Below are positions 1 to 9,724 of a DNA stretch of 64,000 bases, piece by piece (positions within the stretch are counted from its first letter, which is position 1; each line of letters starts with the position of its first letter). The translations under genes and the position numbers were made by a program. Source of the stretch: a virus; IMG/VR virus record IMGVR_UViG_2718218482_000003, one strand, 5' to 3'. The notes under the pieces are model-generated. The model was not told the origin of the DNA and ran no database searches. It saw only the letters and a program-made list of their open reading frames with translations.

Positions 1-205
1 GTAAATATTCATTTCGAACTTGTTTGATTAGCTGTTCTTTTCGGTTTTTCTGTGAGCTGATAGGGCGCTTTAACCATGCATAATAACCACTACGTGATAC
101 ACCGAAGACTTGACACATCTTCACTACACGAAATTCATCTCGGTGATCCACAATGAATGTGTAGATTACTTCTGGTCCTTGCTGAAGATGCCAAGCGCCT
201 TTTTT
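1..205 (-). CDS. IS3-family transposase OrfB N-terminus, reached by -1 frameshift at A AAA AAG (199-205); runs off window
   Basis: Open -1 frame [47 protein letters not shown]. Confidence 0.85.
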
Positions 206-456
206 AAAATAGCCAATTCCTCCTCGAGCTCACGATTACGCCGCTTTAAAGCGAGGAGATCTTGATTTTCTGGTTTGATGTTTCCAGATCCAACAAAGCC
301 GGCTCCCTTACTTTGTTTATATTCATTACACCAGCGGTGTAGCGTTTTGTATGAAATCCCTAAATTTCTTGCAGTTTGAGCAATTGTTTGGCCCTCTTCC
401 TTACAAAGTTGAACAGCTTGTTTTTTATAATCTACATCATATAGTTTTTTCTTCAT
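166..456 (-). CDS. IS3-family transposase OrfA (HTH)
   Basis: YDVDYKKQAVQL...TIAQTARNLGISYKTLHRW...ELEEELAILKKA pattern. Confidence 0.9.
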   Translation of the reverse strand: MKKKLYDVDYKKQAVQLCKEEGQTIAQTARNLGISYKTLHRWCNEYKQSKGAGFVGSGNIKPENQDLLALKRRNRELEEELAILKKALGIFSKDQK

Positions 457-645
457 AAGACACCTCGAACTTGTTTATTTGTTTTTAGTATAAACTCTCT
501 GTTCTATGTGTCTATCATTTAGACTAGCATCAAGATACAGCCATAAGCAAGTGCCTACATTTCGATACTTTGAACATGCGAAGCCAATATTTCGGGAGTT
601 ATTGTCCTAGTAAAAGTAATTCTCAATTTAAGGAGGCGAAAAGCT

Positions 646-882
646 ATGTTTTTCAAAAGAAAGAAAAAGAAGGAACAGAATAAGAAAGTGAAGCAAGAAC
701 ATGGAAACAGAAATAGTGAGGGCACAACAAATGATTGGTTAATTCACAACGCGACGACATCAAGTGCAATCAACTCCAGTTCGGATTACAGTGGCTGTGA
801 TAGTAGTCATTCAAATTCATGTTCATCGCATTCATCGTATGATTCAGGAAGTTCATTTGATAGTTCGTCAAGTTGTGATTGA
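646..882 (+). CDS. Small basic/Ser-rich hypothetical phage protein
   Basis: AAGGAGG RBS before ATG; Lys-rich N-terminus, Ser/Asp/Cys-rich C-terminus. Confidence 0.6.
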   Translation: MFFKRKKKKEQNKKVKQEHGNRNSEGTTNDWLIHNATTSSAINSSSDYSGCDSSHSNSCSSHSSYDSGSSFDSSSSCD

Positions 883-970
883 GTAAGTAGCTGAGTATGT
901 GCTTGTTATTTCGGAGGAGAATTGGAATGACTGGGCTAAACTATAATTGATTAAGGGGTGAGGATAAATC

Positions 971-1297
971 ATGCAACCTTTAACAATACAAGAGATTAAT
1001 AAACTATATGAACAAGATAATATCATTAAGTTCTATAAGCATCCATATTGGCGTAAGCACATAAGGATATTAGCGCTTGAACGAGATCACAGTGAGTGTC
1101 AGGAGTGCAAGCGCAAAGGTAAGTATAGCAAAGGTAGGAACGTTCATCACATCAAGGAGTTACGTGACAGACCAGACTTAGCGTACATACTAAGCAACCT
1201 AGAGACGCTATGTATCCAATGCCATAACAAAGAACATGGCAAGGAGAAGAACATAGTGAAGAAGCGCTGTACGATAGTGGATGAAGAGAGGTGGTAA
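971..1297 (+). CDS. HNH endonuclease (packaging-associated)
   Basis: CQEC...VHHIKE...NLETLCIQCHNKEH, upstream of terminase. Confidence 0.9.
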   Translation: MQPLTIQEINKLYEQDNIIKFYKHPYWRKHIRILALERDHSECQECKRKGKYSKGRNVHHIKELRDRPDLAYILSNLETLCIQCHNKEHGKEKNIVKKRCTIVDEERW

Positions 1298-1608
1298 GTG
1301 TGGACAGCTTAACGATACAAGAAAACACATATGACTTGTCCATTATCAATAAGTTAATAGATGTTGGAATAGTTGAAGCTACTACAAAAGAAGCTGAGAT
1401 ATACAAACAGTTTCGTGAAGATATCTACACAGCATACAAACAGATAAGGCACATATGTAATCCAAGAGCATGTGAGAAGACTACACTTGAAACTGTAAAG
1501 AAAAGTCTACGTGAACATTGGCTAGAACATTATCTAAACATGTCATTAACAGAAGCTCACATTGTTATTGAATATGCTGAGCGATTCTTTGGTTTAGCTA
1601 TAAAATAA
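1291..1608 (+). CDS. Hypothetical phage protein
   Basis: 105-aa ORF overlapping the HNH stop; no recognised motif. Confidence 0.6.
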   Translation: MVSVDSLTIQENTYDLSIINKLIDVGIVEATTKEAEIYKQFREDIYTAYKQIRHICNPRACEKTTLETVKKSLREHWLEHYLNMSLTEAHIVIEYAERFFGLAIK

Positions 1609-1629
1609 TGTAAGATAAATTTCCTGAGA

Positions 1630-1690
1630 CACCCCCCGGGTAAAATATAGAGAAAATTTTGCTGAGGGACCGAGCAACGCAGGGGGGAGA
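1630..1690. other. Candidate cos region of prophage 1
   Basis: GC-rich CCCCCCGGG...GCAGGGGGG island between HNH module and terS, the usual cos position; cut site not determinable. Confidence 0.4.
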
Positions 1691-1918
1691 TTTGTCTTTT
1701 TATTTTTTGCTCTCCGCGCGCGAAACAGAAAAAAATCGCAAAACAACATCACACATCCACTTGGATGATGAAAATTTTTGATATGTATTTGTGATCAGTA
1801 TACAGTTGCTATTGCTTTCTGCTAAGTAAAAATATACATGACTATTTTCGTTCTTTTAAGTAATGTTTTTAAAATTAATCTTCGAAAAAATCTAATAAAA
1901 AAGCGGGGTGATGATATT

Positions 1919-2422
1919 GTGAGTGGAAAACAAAGTAAATATAAATTAGCGTTCAAAGATTTCTTAGAAGGCGTTAAATACAAGGATATTGCGAATAAAT
2001 ATAGCGTATCTGTTAGCACTGTTAAATCATGGCGTAGCCGTTATTGGGAAGACATGATAAATGAAAAAGGTCTAAAAAATGTTTCAGAAAAGGTTGCAAA
2101 GCTTCAAAAGAGCAGAGAAAAAACGCTTAGAAATAAAATAAGAGATGGTTTATATGAACAACTTGGCACAAACGGTATCATACACGCTCATTTTATGGAT
2201 TTAGTAGAAGACTATATGTCATTTTGGGATATAAAAAATAAATTGATAGCTGATGTGAAAGATCGAGGTGTTTCAGTTTTAGGTGCTAATGGTTTTATGA
2301 AGAAAAACGATAGTATTAACGAGTTGAATAAGACGAATACACAAATGTTAAAGATTCTTAATGAACTTGGGCTTAAAGTGGTAAGTGAAGAGGTGGATGA
2401 AGACGATGACATCGATTTATAA
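1919..2422 (+). CDS. terS: Terminase small subunit with N-terminal HTH
   Basis: GTG start after [53 protein letters not shown]; overlaps terL. Confidence 0.8.
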   Translation: MSGKQSKYKLAFKDFLEGVKYKDIANKYSVSVSTVKSWRSRYWEDMINEKGLKNVSEKVAKLQKSREKTLRNKIRDGLYEQLGTNGIIHAHFMDLVEDYMSFWDIKNKLIADVKDRGVSVLGANGFMKKNDSINELNKTNTQMLKILNELGLKVVSEEVDEDDDIDL

Positions 2423-4076
2423 CGTCTATAGATACCATCCTTATATCAAGGAGTATATGGAACTTGTGGAAAGCGGAAAAATACGATCGTGTAAAGAACA
2501 GAAACAATTAATGAAGCTCGTTAGGGAAACTTTAGATGACCCAAATGTTTATTTAGATGTACAAGCAATTGAAGACAGTGTAAACGTTCCGGCTCCTTAC
2601 TTTCCATTTGAATTATTTACATGGCAAAAATTTGTTAATGCTTGTGTATTTGGTGTCAGATATAAAGATACTGATAGATTAGTGTGGAATCAAATATTAA
2701 TATTTATGGGACGTGGTGGCGGTAAAAATGGTTTTGCTGGCTATCAAAACTTCTATATGGAATCTAAACCTTTTGGCATTAATAACTACAATATAGAATG
2801 GGTTGCAACATCAGAAAAACAAGCTAAAACAACATTTGAAGATGTAAAAAATGTATTGGAAGACCCGAAGCATGAAAAGAAACTGAGAAAAGCCTTTTAT
2901 AAACCAACTAAGATTTTAATACAAAACAAAAGCACAAAGTCGAAGATTCAATACCACACCTCGAATGCTCGTACAAAGGATGGATTAAGACCAGGAGCTG
3001 TATGTTTCGATGAAATACATGAATACGACGATTACGCTTCTATCAAGGTTTTCCGTTCCGCTCTAGGTAAAGTAAAAGACGGTCGAACATTCTATTTAAC
3101 TACTGACGGATATGTCCGTGGTGGTGTTTTGGATGATATGAAAGAGAAAGCTCGAATGGTTTTAAGCGGCGAAGTTGAGAAAAGCAAATTATTCCCTTTC
3201 ATCTGTAAATTGGACTCTGAAGAAGAAGTTGAAGATGTTGCAAACTGGGAAAAAGCCAATCCTTCTATTCGAGATAACAAAGAACTATTCGAAACGATGA
3301 AAGAAGAATGGGCTGATTGTCAGACCAACATTCCGATGCATGTTGAATTTATGACAAAGCGTATGAACATTCCTAAACAGCTGTTTCAGCATAAAATCGC
3401 TACTTATGAGGATATTCTTGCAACAGATCAACCTTTACCTGATGATTTACACAAATATGAATGTATTGGTGGTGTGGATTACGCAGAATTACGTGACTTC
3501 TGCAGCGTCGGTTTGCTATTTAAACGAGAAGGGAAGCGCTATTGGATTCACCACACTTTCATATGGCACCAGGCGTTGAAAATGCAGGATATTAATCAAG
3601 ATATTATTGATATTGGTGTGGAAAAAGAGCTCTTCACCATCGTCTACGATAAAGAAATCGAACCCAAACGTGTTATTAATTGGTTTTTAGATAAAGCAAA
3701 AACATACGATATTAAGCGTATCGCGATTGATAAATTCCGTTCTGTAGTCTTGAAGCCTTTATTAGAAGAAGCTGGTTTTAATGAAAGAGTTGAGGTAGTG
3801 CGACGCGGTCCGTATATTCACGCGATGTTAGACCCGTTAATCCAACATCTATTCATCAATCATCATATCGTTTTCCACGATGACCCTGTTATGCGTTGGT
3901 ATTGTGGGAATATCTATGTGGACGAACTAGGAAATGGCTCAAAAGAATATAAAAAAATCGACCCTGTCAAAAGAAAAACTGACGGGTTTTTCGCGTTTAC
4001 TCACGCTTTAAATTTCGATGGAGAAATCGAAGACTACGCAGTTGATATAAACGATATGAAAGTATGGTCATTTTAA
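2406..4076 (+). CDS. terL: Terminase large subunit
   Basis: Walker [10 protein letters not shown], Walker B FDEIHEY, nuclease GGVDYA and KTDGFFA motifs. Confidence 0.95.
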   Translation: MTSIYNVYRYHPYIKEYMELVESGKIRSCKEQKQLMKLVRETLDDPNVYLDVQAIEDSVNVPAPYFPFELFTWQKFVNACVFGVRYKDTDRLVWNQILIFMGRGGGKNGFAGYQNFYMESKPFGINNYNIEWVATSEKQAKTTFEDVKNVLEDPKHEKKLRKAFYKPTKILIQNKSTKSKIQYHTSNARTKDGLRPGAVCFDEIHEYDDYASIKVFRSALGKVKDGRTFYLTTDGYVRGGVLDDMKEKARMVLSGEVEKSKLFPFICKLDSEEEVEDVANWEKANPSIRDNKELFETMKEEWADCQTNIPMHVEFMTKRMNIPKQLFQHKIATYEDILATDQPLPDDLHKYECIGGVDYAELRDFCSVGLLFKREGKRYWIHHTFIWHQALKMQDINQDIIDIGVEKELFTIVYDKEIEPKRVINWFLDKAKTYDIKRIAIDKFRSVVLKPLLEEAGFNERVEVVRRGPYIHAMLDPLIQHLFINHHIVFHDDPVMRWYCGNIYVDELGNGSKEYKKIDPVKRKTDGFFAFTHALNFDGEIEDYAVDINDMKVWSF

Positions 4077-4085
4077 CTAAAGGAG

Positions 4086-5333
4086 GTGAATGAATTGGGG
4101 ATTAGAAACATATTTAAATCATTTTTAGGTGGTAGTAGTAGTGATATTCCCAATCCGGATTGTCAAACACTGCTATTAAAAGCGGAAATAGCTTACAAGA
4201 AACTATACGTTAACGCTGCTATTGATTTAATTGCACGTTCATTAATCGCCTGTGACTTTGAATCTTACAGAGATGGCAAGTTAAAACGGCATTTAAACTA
4301 CTATCAATTGAATGTAGCACCTAATAAGAATGAAAACGCTCATGAATTCTGGACAAAAGTTGTATATAACCTTGTTTACGAAAATGAAGCGTTGGTTATT
4401 CCTATTGGCGAAGAATTGTGGGTAGCTGATTCGTTTTATCGCGAAACTACGAATGGTTTAACAGAGTTTACGTATCATTCATTATCAATTAACGGTGAAA
4501 TGGTAACGAAAACTTATAAAGAAAGTGAAGTCTTGTATTTCCGGCTTTCCCAGGAGTCTATTAATCAGGTTATCGATAGCTTGTATAATTCATACGGATT
4601 ACTACTGGCAAAAGCCATGTCTGATTATAAGGGAAATGGAAAACTTAGATTTTTAATTAAAGGACGTTTCATGAATGGATTAACTGATGAGAACGGAAAA
4701 GCAGCACAAGCACTTTTTGAGGAAAAGATGAGAGATTATACAAATCCCGAAAAACTTGCATCGGTTTTATTTTTACCAGAGCAAGTTAATTTAGAAGATC
4801 AAAGTAAAGACCCACAAAAAATGGATACACGAGATATTAAGAATCTCGCAAAAGATATGTTAGACTTTGTGGCAGTTGCTTTTCACATACCACCATCATT
4901 ATTAAGTGGAATGAGCGAAGGCGGTATCTCTACTTCTGGTAACCCTACTGGTGACCTGGATCATTTCATACTGTTCTCTGTTAGACCAATCGGTGAAATG
5001 ATTGCTAACGAGTATAACAAAAAGATGTTTACTAGAGATCAATTTTTAAACAAAACTTACATCAAGTTCGATATGAAAAACTTCAAATTATTCGATTTAA
5101 CGAAGTTCGCTAATGCTGTAGACAAACTATTCGCTGTTGGTGGACTTAGTATGAACGATGTAATTGAGCGATTAGGTGGCGAATTAATCGATGAAGATTG
5201 GGCTAAGGAACGTTATGTCACTAAGAACTATGAGAGAGCAAGGATAAGCGGAACGATGGAGGGGGGTGAAAAGGATGGAAATGGAAAAGATTCAACCGAA
5301 GTTCCTAATGGTGGAGAACCAGGAGAACAGTAA
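4086..5333 (+). CDS. Portal protein (HK97 type)
   Basis: Follows terL; LNVAPNKNENAHEFW, AVAFHIPPSLL, GLSMNDVIERLG. Confidence 0.9.
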   Translation: MNELGIRNIFKSFLGGSSSDIPNPDCQTLLLKAEIAYKKLYVNAAIDLIARSLIACDFESYRDGKLKRHLNYYQLNVAPNKNENAHEFWTKVVYNLVYENEALVIPIGEELWVADSFYRETTNGLTEFTYHSLSINGEMVTKTYKESEVLYFRLSQESINQVIDSLYNSYGLLLAKAMSDYKGNGKLRFLIKGRFMNGLTDENGKAAQALFEEKMRDYTNPEKLASVLFLPEQVNLEDQSKDPQKMDTRDIKNLAKDMLDFVAVAFHIPPSLLSGMSEGGISTSGNPTGDLDHFILFSVRPIGEMIANEYNKKMFTRDQFLNKTYIKFDMKNFKLFDLTKFANAVDKLFAVGGLSMNDVIERLGGELIDEDWAKERYVTKNYERARISGTMEGGEKDGNGKDSTEVPNGGEPGEQ

Positions 5334-5973
5334 AAAAGTTGTCGCGTACATGCATGGAACAGTTGGCGCTGGTTGGTGGGGCGATATTAACGCAAAGAAA
5401 ACGCGTGAAATGTTCGATAACATGGATGCTGACGAAATTGAATTACACATTCATTCTGTCGGGGGTGATGCTTTTGAAGGGATTGCGATTTGCAACTATT
5501 TGCGAAGCCACAAGGCCAAAGTTACTGCAGTTGTTGATGGAATTGCAGCGTCAGCAGCTTCTTTGATTGCAATGGGCGCTGACAAAATTATCATGCCATC
5601 TAATACAACAATGATGGTTCATAGGGCTTCAACTTATGCGTACGGTAATGCTGATTCTTTAGAAAAGCAAGCCAACATGTTACGCGATGTTGATGATGCT
5701 TTGATCCAATCATATAGAAATCGTTTTAACGGCGAATTTCATGAATTAGAGGCGTTACTTGACAACGAAACGTACATGACCGCTGAAACAGCTAAATCTT
5801 ATGGTTTCTGTGATGAAATTGTAGATTCAATAAAAAGTGTGGCCAACGAAGAACCGGTTATTGAAGAACCAGAAGAAGAAATACCTATCGAAAACGAAGG
5901 TGACAAACGTATTCAAAATGCTGAGAAATCAGCAAATTTTATGGCTTCATTATTAAAATCTATCAAACTATAG
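5266..5973 (+). CDS. ClpP-like head maturation protease
   Basis: IHSVGGDAFEG, DGIAASAASLIAM, MMVHRA, ETYMTAETA. Confidence 0.92.
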   Translation: MKRMEMEKIQPKFLMVENQENSKKVVAYMHGTVGAGWWGDINAKKTREMFDNMDADEIELHIHSVGGDAFEGIAICNYLRSHKAKVTAVVDGIAASAASLIAMGADKIIMPSNTTMMVHRASTYAYGNADSLEKQANMLRDVDDALIQSYRNRFNGEFHELEALLDNETYMTAETAKSYGFCDEIVDSIKSVANEEPVIEEPEEEIPIENEGDKRIQNAEKSANFMASLLKSIKL

Positions 5974-5986
5974 GAGGTACTTTACA

Positions 5987-7108
5987 ATGGGTAAAGATTT
6001 AGAAACTAAAATTGACAATCGTCAAAATTTAAGCGAGGTTTTGGCAAGCGGAACACCTGAACAGGTAGATAACGCTTTAGTACAATTCGCACAAGGTATT
6101 CAAAATGAAATTTTAGCACAAGCTTCTGTACAATCTAGTGACCAAGCTATCTTAGCTGCACGCGGTGGACGAGCTTTAACTAGTCAAGAAACAAAATACT
6201 ACAATCAAGTAATCGCGGGTAACTCTTTTGCTGGTACTGAAGCATTGGTGCCGCCAACTGTTATGGAACGAGTATTCGAAGATTTAGTTGGTTCTCACGA
6301 ATTATTATCTAAAATCAACTTTGTTAACGTAGGTGCTTTAACGGAATGGATTCTTAAAAAGGGTGATGTTCAAACAGCGTTCTGGGGCAAATTATGTGCT
6401 GCTCATAAAGAACTTTTAGACGAAGGTTTCGAAACAATTAACATCAGCCAATACAAACTATCTGCTTTCATGCCTGTATGTAAGGCAATGCTTGATTTAG
6501 GCCCAGTATGGTTAGACCGATATGTTCGCACTGTATTAGTTGAATCTTTAAAAATTGCTTTAGAAGTAGCCATTGTTCGCGGTACTGGTAAAGATCAACC
6601 TATCGGTATGATGAAAGATTTACTAAATGTTGCGAACGGAGAAAATGCTGACAAAGCTGTAACAGCTGTTCTGAAAGACCTTTCTCCTTACACTTTAGGT
6701 AACATCATGGCATTACTTACTCGTGATGGGAAACGCAACCCAGACAATGTAATGCTAATTGTGAATCCAGTTGATTACTGGGCTAAAGTTTACGGTTACA
6801 CGACACGTCCTAATGCAGATGGAACTTACGCTTACAATGTTCTTCCGATTCCAGGTTCGATTGTTAAATCTAACGCTGTTCCAAAAGGAAAAATGGTTGT
6901 AGGTATGGCGAAAGACTACTTCCTAGGATTAGGCGGTGCGCAACGTTTAGATGTGTACGACCAAACTCGTGCAATTGAAGATGAAGATTTATACATCGCT
7001 AAAATGTATGCGAACGGTCGTGCTGATCGTAATGATTCGTTCTTAGTTTACGATATTTCTGGTTTAGTTGATCCAAACACGCCAGTAACGCCACCAGCTT
7101 CTAAATAA
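5987..7108 (+). CDS. Major capsid protein (HK97 fold)
   Basis: LVPPTVMERVFEDL, GTGKDQPIGMM, DEDLYIAKMYANG; position after protease. Confidence 0.92.
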   Translation: MGKDLETKIDNRQNLSEVLASGTPEQVDNALVQFAQGIQNEILAQASVQSSDQAILAARGGRALTSQETKYYNQVIAGNSFAGTEALVPPTVMERVFEDLVGSHELLSKINFVNVGALTEWILKKGDVQTAFWGKLCAAHKELLDEGFETINISQYKLSAFMPVCKAMLDLGPVWLDRYVRTVLVESLKIALEVAIVRGTGKDQPIGMMKDLLNVANGENADKAVTAVLKDLSPYTLGNIMALLTRDGKRNPDNVMLIVNPVDYWAKVYGYTTRPNADGTYAYNVLPIPGSIVKSNAVPKGKMVVGMAKDYFLGLGGAQRLDVYDQTRAIEDEDLYIAKMYANGRADRNDSFLVYDISGLVDPNTPVTPPASK

Positions 7109-7121
7109 GAGGTGATCGTAT

Positions 7122-7433
7122 ATGGAAAATGAGCAAGCAAAGGCGGTTTTAGTATCGCCTTTCGATTTGATTGATGATGTGAAAGAAGCACTAGCGATTA
7201 CGTGGGATGAGGAAGACAGTAACATCGTAAAGCTGATAGATCGTTCTGTTTACTATATGAATGATTTAGTAGGTGTGGAACTTGATCTGAAGGTCAACTT
7301 ATCCGCACGTGAGTTAGTTATTAATCGCATCCGATACGAGTATAATAATGCTCTTGATCAATATGAAACTAACTTTGAACAACCACTTTCAAGGTTGATT
7401 TTACACGTTGCTTTAAAAGAGAGGGAAGTGTAA
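7122..7433 (+). CDS. Head-tail connector (gp6-like)
   Basis: DVKEALAITWDEED...RELVINRIRYEYN; position. Confidence 0.75.
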   Translation: MENEQAKAVLVSPFDLIDDVKEALAITWDEEDSNIVKLIDRSVYYMNDLVGVELDLKVNLSARELVINRIRYEYNNALDQYETNFEQPLSRLILHVALKEREV

Positions 7434-7798
7434 TGGCAATCGAACGACATAGAAAGACTTACAATGACGGGTTTGTAAGTGTCATAGAGAAGAAAACGAT
7501 TCGAAATGCCACTAAGAAAGTAATTGGATATGAAAATGTCGAGATGATCAAACTTAGATTTGCAGAACTTTCGTGTCGTGAGATGGATATACAGCTAGTG
7601 AATAGTGTGGGGAAACAGTTAGATAGGAAGATTGAAACGTTGTATGCTCCTATATTTAAAAGAAAAGATGTGGACAACCTAACTCTCAAATTGCGTGGCG
7701 TTTCTTACAGCATCATTAAAGCTGATCGTTTTAAAAACAGTATGTATTTCTATTTACAAAAGGTAGGTGGTCTTGATGACACGGAACGAACTGATTGA
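7433..7798 (+). CDS. Head closure protein
   Basis: Position and size; YNDGFV...YSIIKAD. Confidence 0.65.
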   Translation: MAIERHRKTYNDGFVSVIEKKTIRNATKKVIGYENVEMIKLRFAELSCREMDIQLVNSVGKQLDRKIETLYAPIFKRKDVDNLTLKLRGVSYSIIKADRFKNSMYFYLQKVGGLDDTERTD

Positions 7799-8156
7799 GA
7801 AGTACAATGTCAAACTGGTTGAGCACTTAGAATCATTCTTCAGTGGCGCTCAAGTTTACCAGGACATTGTACAAGAAGATGAAGCGAATCTATCCACAAT
7901 AAATCATGTGGTGTTTGAAACTGGTGGATTCGAGAGAACAGGTGCTACAAATTACACCCAGGAAGTTACTGTTTATTTCTTCTCGGAAAATAGAGAAGAC
8001 TTGGACATCCTGCAATTAGAATTCATGGGCAGCCTTTCTAAAACTGGCCACACTTGCAATAAATCGCTCAAAGACAGAATGAAAAAGAAAGACACTGCAT
8101 TCTTTGTGGATGTACTCACATTTGAATTGACGAGGAATATCAAACTTGTCTGCTAA
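7767..8156 (+). CDS. Head-tail joining / tail terminator-like protein
   Basis: Position only. Confidence 0.55.
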   Translation: MVLMTRNELIEKYNVKLVEHLESFFSGAQVYQDIVQEDEANLSTINHVVFETGGFERTGATNYTQEVTVYFFSENREDLDILQLEFMGSLSKTGHTCNKSLKDRMKKKDTAFFVDVLTFELTRNIKLVC

Positions 8157-8556
8157 GTTTAGCGTTGATTTGGCGCAATTTGAAGCGTATCAAAGGAACA
8201 TTGAGCGATTACCAAACGTTGCAGAGAAAATCATTAATGAAGAGTTAAAAAAGAAAATATCACCTAGTATGCAAAAGTCTATCCTGGGATTCATCCCTAT
8301 TTCAGATAGAAAGAAACCACATGCCAAACTATCTAAGTCTATTCAAGGAACTTTAAAAGAAAACCTAACTGTAACCTTACAACCTAAAGCCAAATACGCG
8401 TATCTAGTGTTTCCTGATTTGGGTGTTGGTAAAAGTAAGGGGAATGATCCTGAAAGATTTATGGAACGCGGTGTAGATAGAGAAACAAACAACTCTGTTG
8501 AAGAGCTTAATAAAGCCTTAATAGAAGAAATAAATAAGACATTAGGAGGAAATTAA
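8146..8556 (+). CDS. HK97 gp10-like tail completion protein
   Basis: YLVFPDLGVG...RFMERGVD pattern; position. Confidence 0.65.
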   Translation: MSAKFSVDLAQFEAYQRNIERLPNVAEKIINEELKKKISPSMQKSILGFIPISDRKKPHAKLSKSIQGTLKENLTVTLQPKAKYAYLVFPDLGVGKSKGNDPERFMERGVDRETNNSVEELNKALIEEINKTLGGN

Positions 8557-9126
8557 ATGCCTACAACTACGATTGACGTGTTTGACGCCGTCGAGATTAA
8601 GAACGCAAGTTTACTTTTTAAAGGTGAATCAGTAACAAGCCCTTTCGGATGTATCGGTAAATTAGATGCAGAAACGGAAATCAAAACAATCTCAAAAATT
8701 TGCGGTGGTGTAACGAAAAAGAAAAAAGCGAAACCAACACTATTAACTGTTAAAATCTCAGGACACATGGATTTAAAAGTGGCCCGTAAAATTTTCGGTC
8801 TTAAAAACGAAGGTTTAATCAATGATGTGTACTCGTATGGCATGAAAAGTGTGGGGGAAGACTTCTCATTCGTCGCTGAAGAATACGATACATTCGAAGA
8901 TAATAACCGTTTAATCGCGTTCCCTAATTGCTCTGCCGCTACTGGATTTGTTAAGAGTATCGAAAATGGAGCAGACGAGTTAGCTGAATTCGAAGTGGAA
9001 ATTACAGCTTTACCTGACGCTTATGGTGAATTCTATTATGAAGGTATGAACTTACCAGCTGATGTTCAAAAAAAATGGTTAACTACATTCAATCCTGTTG
9101 AACTACGTAAGGTTACACCAAAATAA
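8557..9126 (+). CDS. Major tail protein
   Basis: 189 aa before tail chaperone and TMP; IENGADELAEFEVEITALPD. Confidence 0.8.
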   Translation: MPTTTIDVFDAVEIKNASLLFKGESVTSPFGCIGKLDAETEIKTISKICGGVTKKKKAKPTLLTVKISGHMDLKVARKIFGLKNEGLINDVYSYGMKSVGEDFSFVAEEYDTFEDNNRLIAFPNCSAATGFVKSIENGADELAEFEVEITALPDAYGEFYYEGMNLPADVQKKWLTTFNPVELRKVTPK

Positions 9127-9173
9127 AAATACGCAGGGCGATCTCGTGGACGCTTTTTCATTTTGTCTAAAAG

Positions 9174-9542
9174 GTGGGATTTATAATGACGAACGAAATT
9201 ATATTAACCGATGGTGAAGTAGTAAAAATTAACCCTAATTTAACTGCGTGGACGCTGTTTAATCTAGAAAAAGAGGGCATTATTGGAAAATCATTTTTAA
9301 GTACTTTATTAGATACACGGGGCAGTTCAGGGAATGTTAATTTATTAGATACATTCTGCGTTGTGTATGCAGCTTATCGTCAAGCAAACGTTGCTGATTA
9401 CATGGATTTCGAATCATTTATGCAAAAATATGAAGTCGATATGACAGAAGCGTTCAAAATCTTTGGGTCTGTATTAAAAAAGCAAAAAGATAAAAACAAC
9501 ATGGCAAAAGGTTTCCAACAAAAAGCGGGAAAAAAGGCTTAG
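9174..9542 (+). CDS. Tail assembly chaperone (gpG-like)
   Basis: Between MTP and TMP; ends at slippery A AAA AAG (9530-9536). Confidence 0.8.
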   Translation: MGFIMTNEIILTDGEVVKINPNLTAWTLFNLEKEGIIGKSFLSTLLDTRGSSGNVNLLDTFCVVYAAYRQANVADYMDFESFMQKYEVDMTEAFKIFGSVLKKQKDKNNMAKGFQQKAGKKA

Positions 9543-9724
9543 CGCTTCCGAAATTCGAAATAGAGTGCGTAGTTGATTTATATAGTCTCTATGTATTTAT
9601 TTTTGAAATCCCGGAAAAAACGTTCTGGCATTTACCTTTACGTGACGTTCAAAGAATAGCGGAAAACAAAAGTGCTTACGAAGGATGGAAAGCCCATATC
9701 CAGGAAAAGGAGAGTGGAAAATAA
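9530..9724 (+). CDS. Frameshift extension of tail chaperone (gpGT-like)
   Basis: -1 frame open: KGLALPKFEIECVVDLYSLYVFIFEIPEKTFWHLPLRDVQRIAENKSAYEGWKAHIQEKESGK, TAA abuts TMP ATG. Confidence 0.8.
   Translation, partial: KKGLALPKFEIECVVDLYSLYVFIFEIPEKTFWHLPLRDVQRIAENKSAYEGWKAHIQEKESGK

Larger units (their letters stand above)
1..529 (-). mobile_element. IS3-family insertion sequence, left part (rest outside window)
   Basis: OrfA HTH protein, OrfB start ([16 protein letters not shown]) in the -1 frame, minus-strand end begins TG (TGCTAGTCTAAATGATAGACAC) at 529. Confidence 0.85.

Noticed and set aside
2406-4076. Introns or inteins in terminase, capsid or TMP genes of either prophage
   Set aside because: Frames are continuous, lengths are normal and no splicing motifs were seen.
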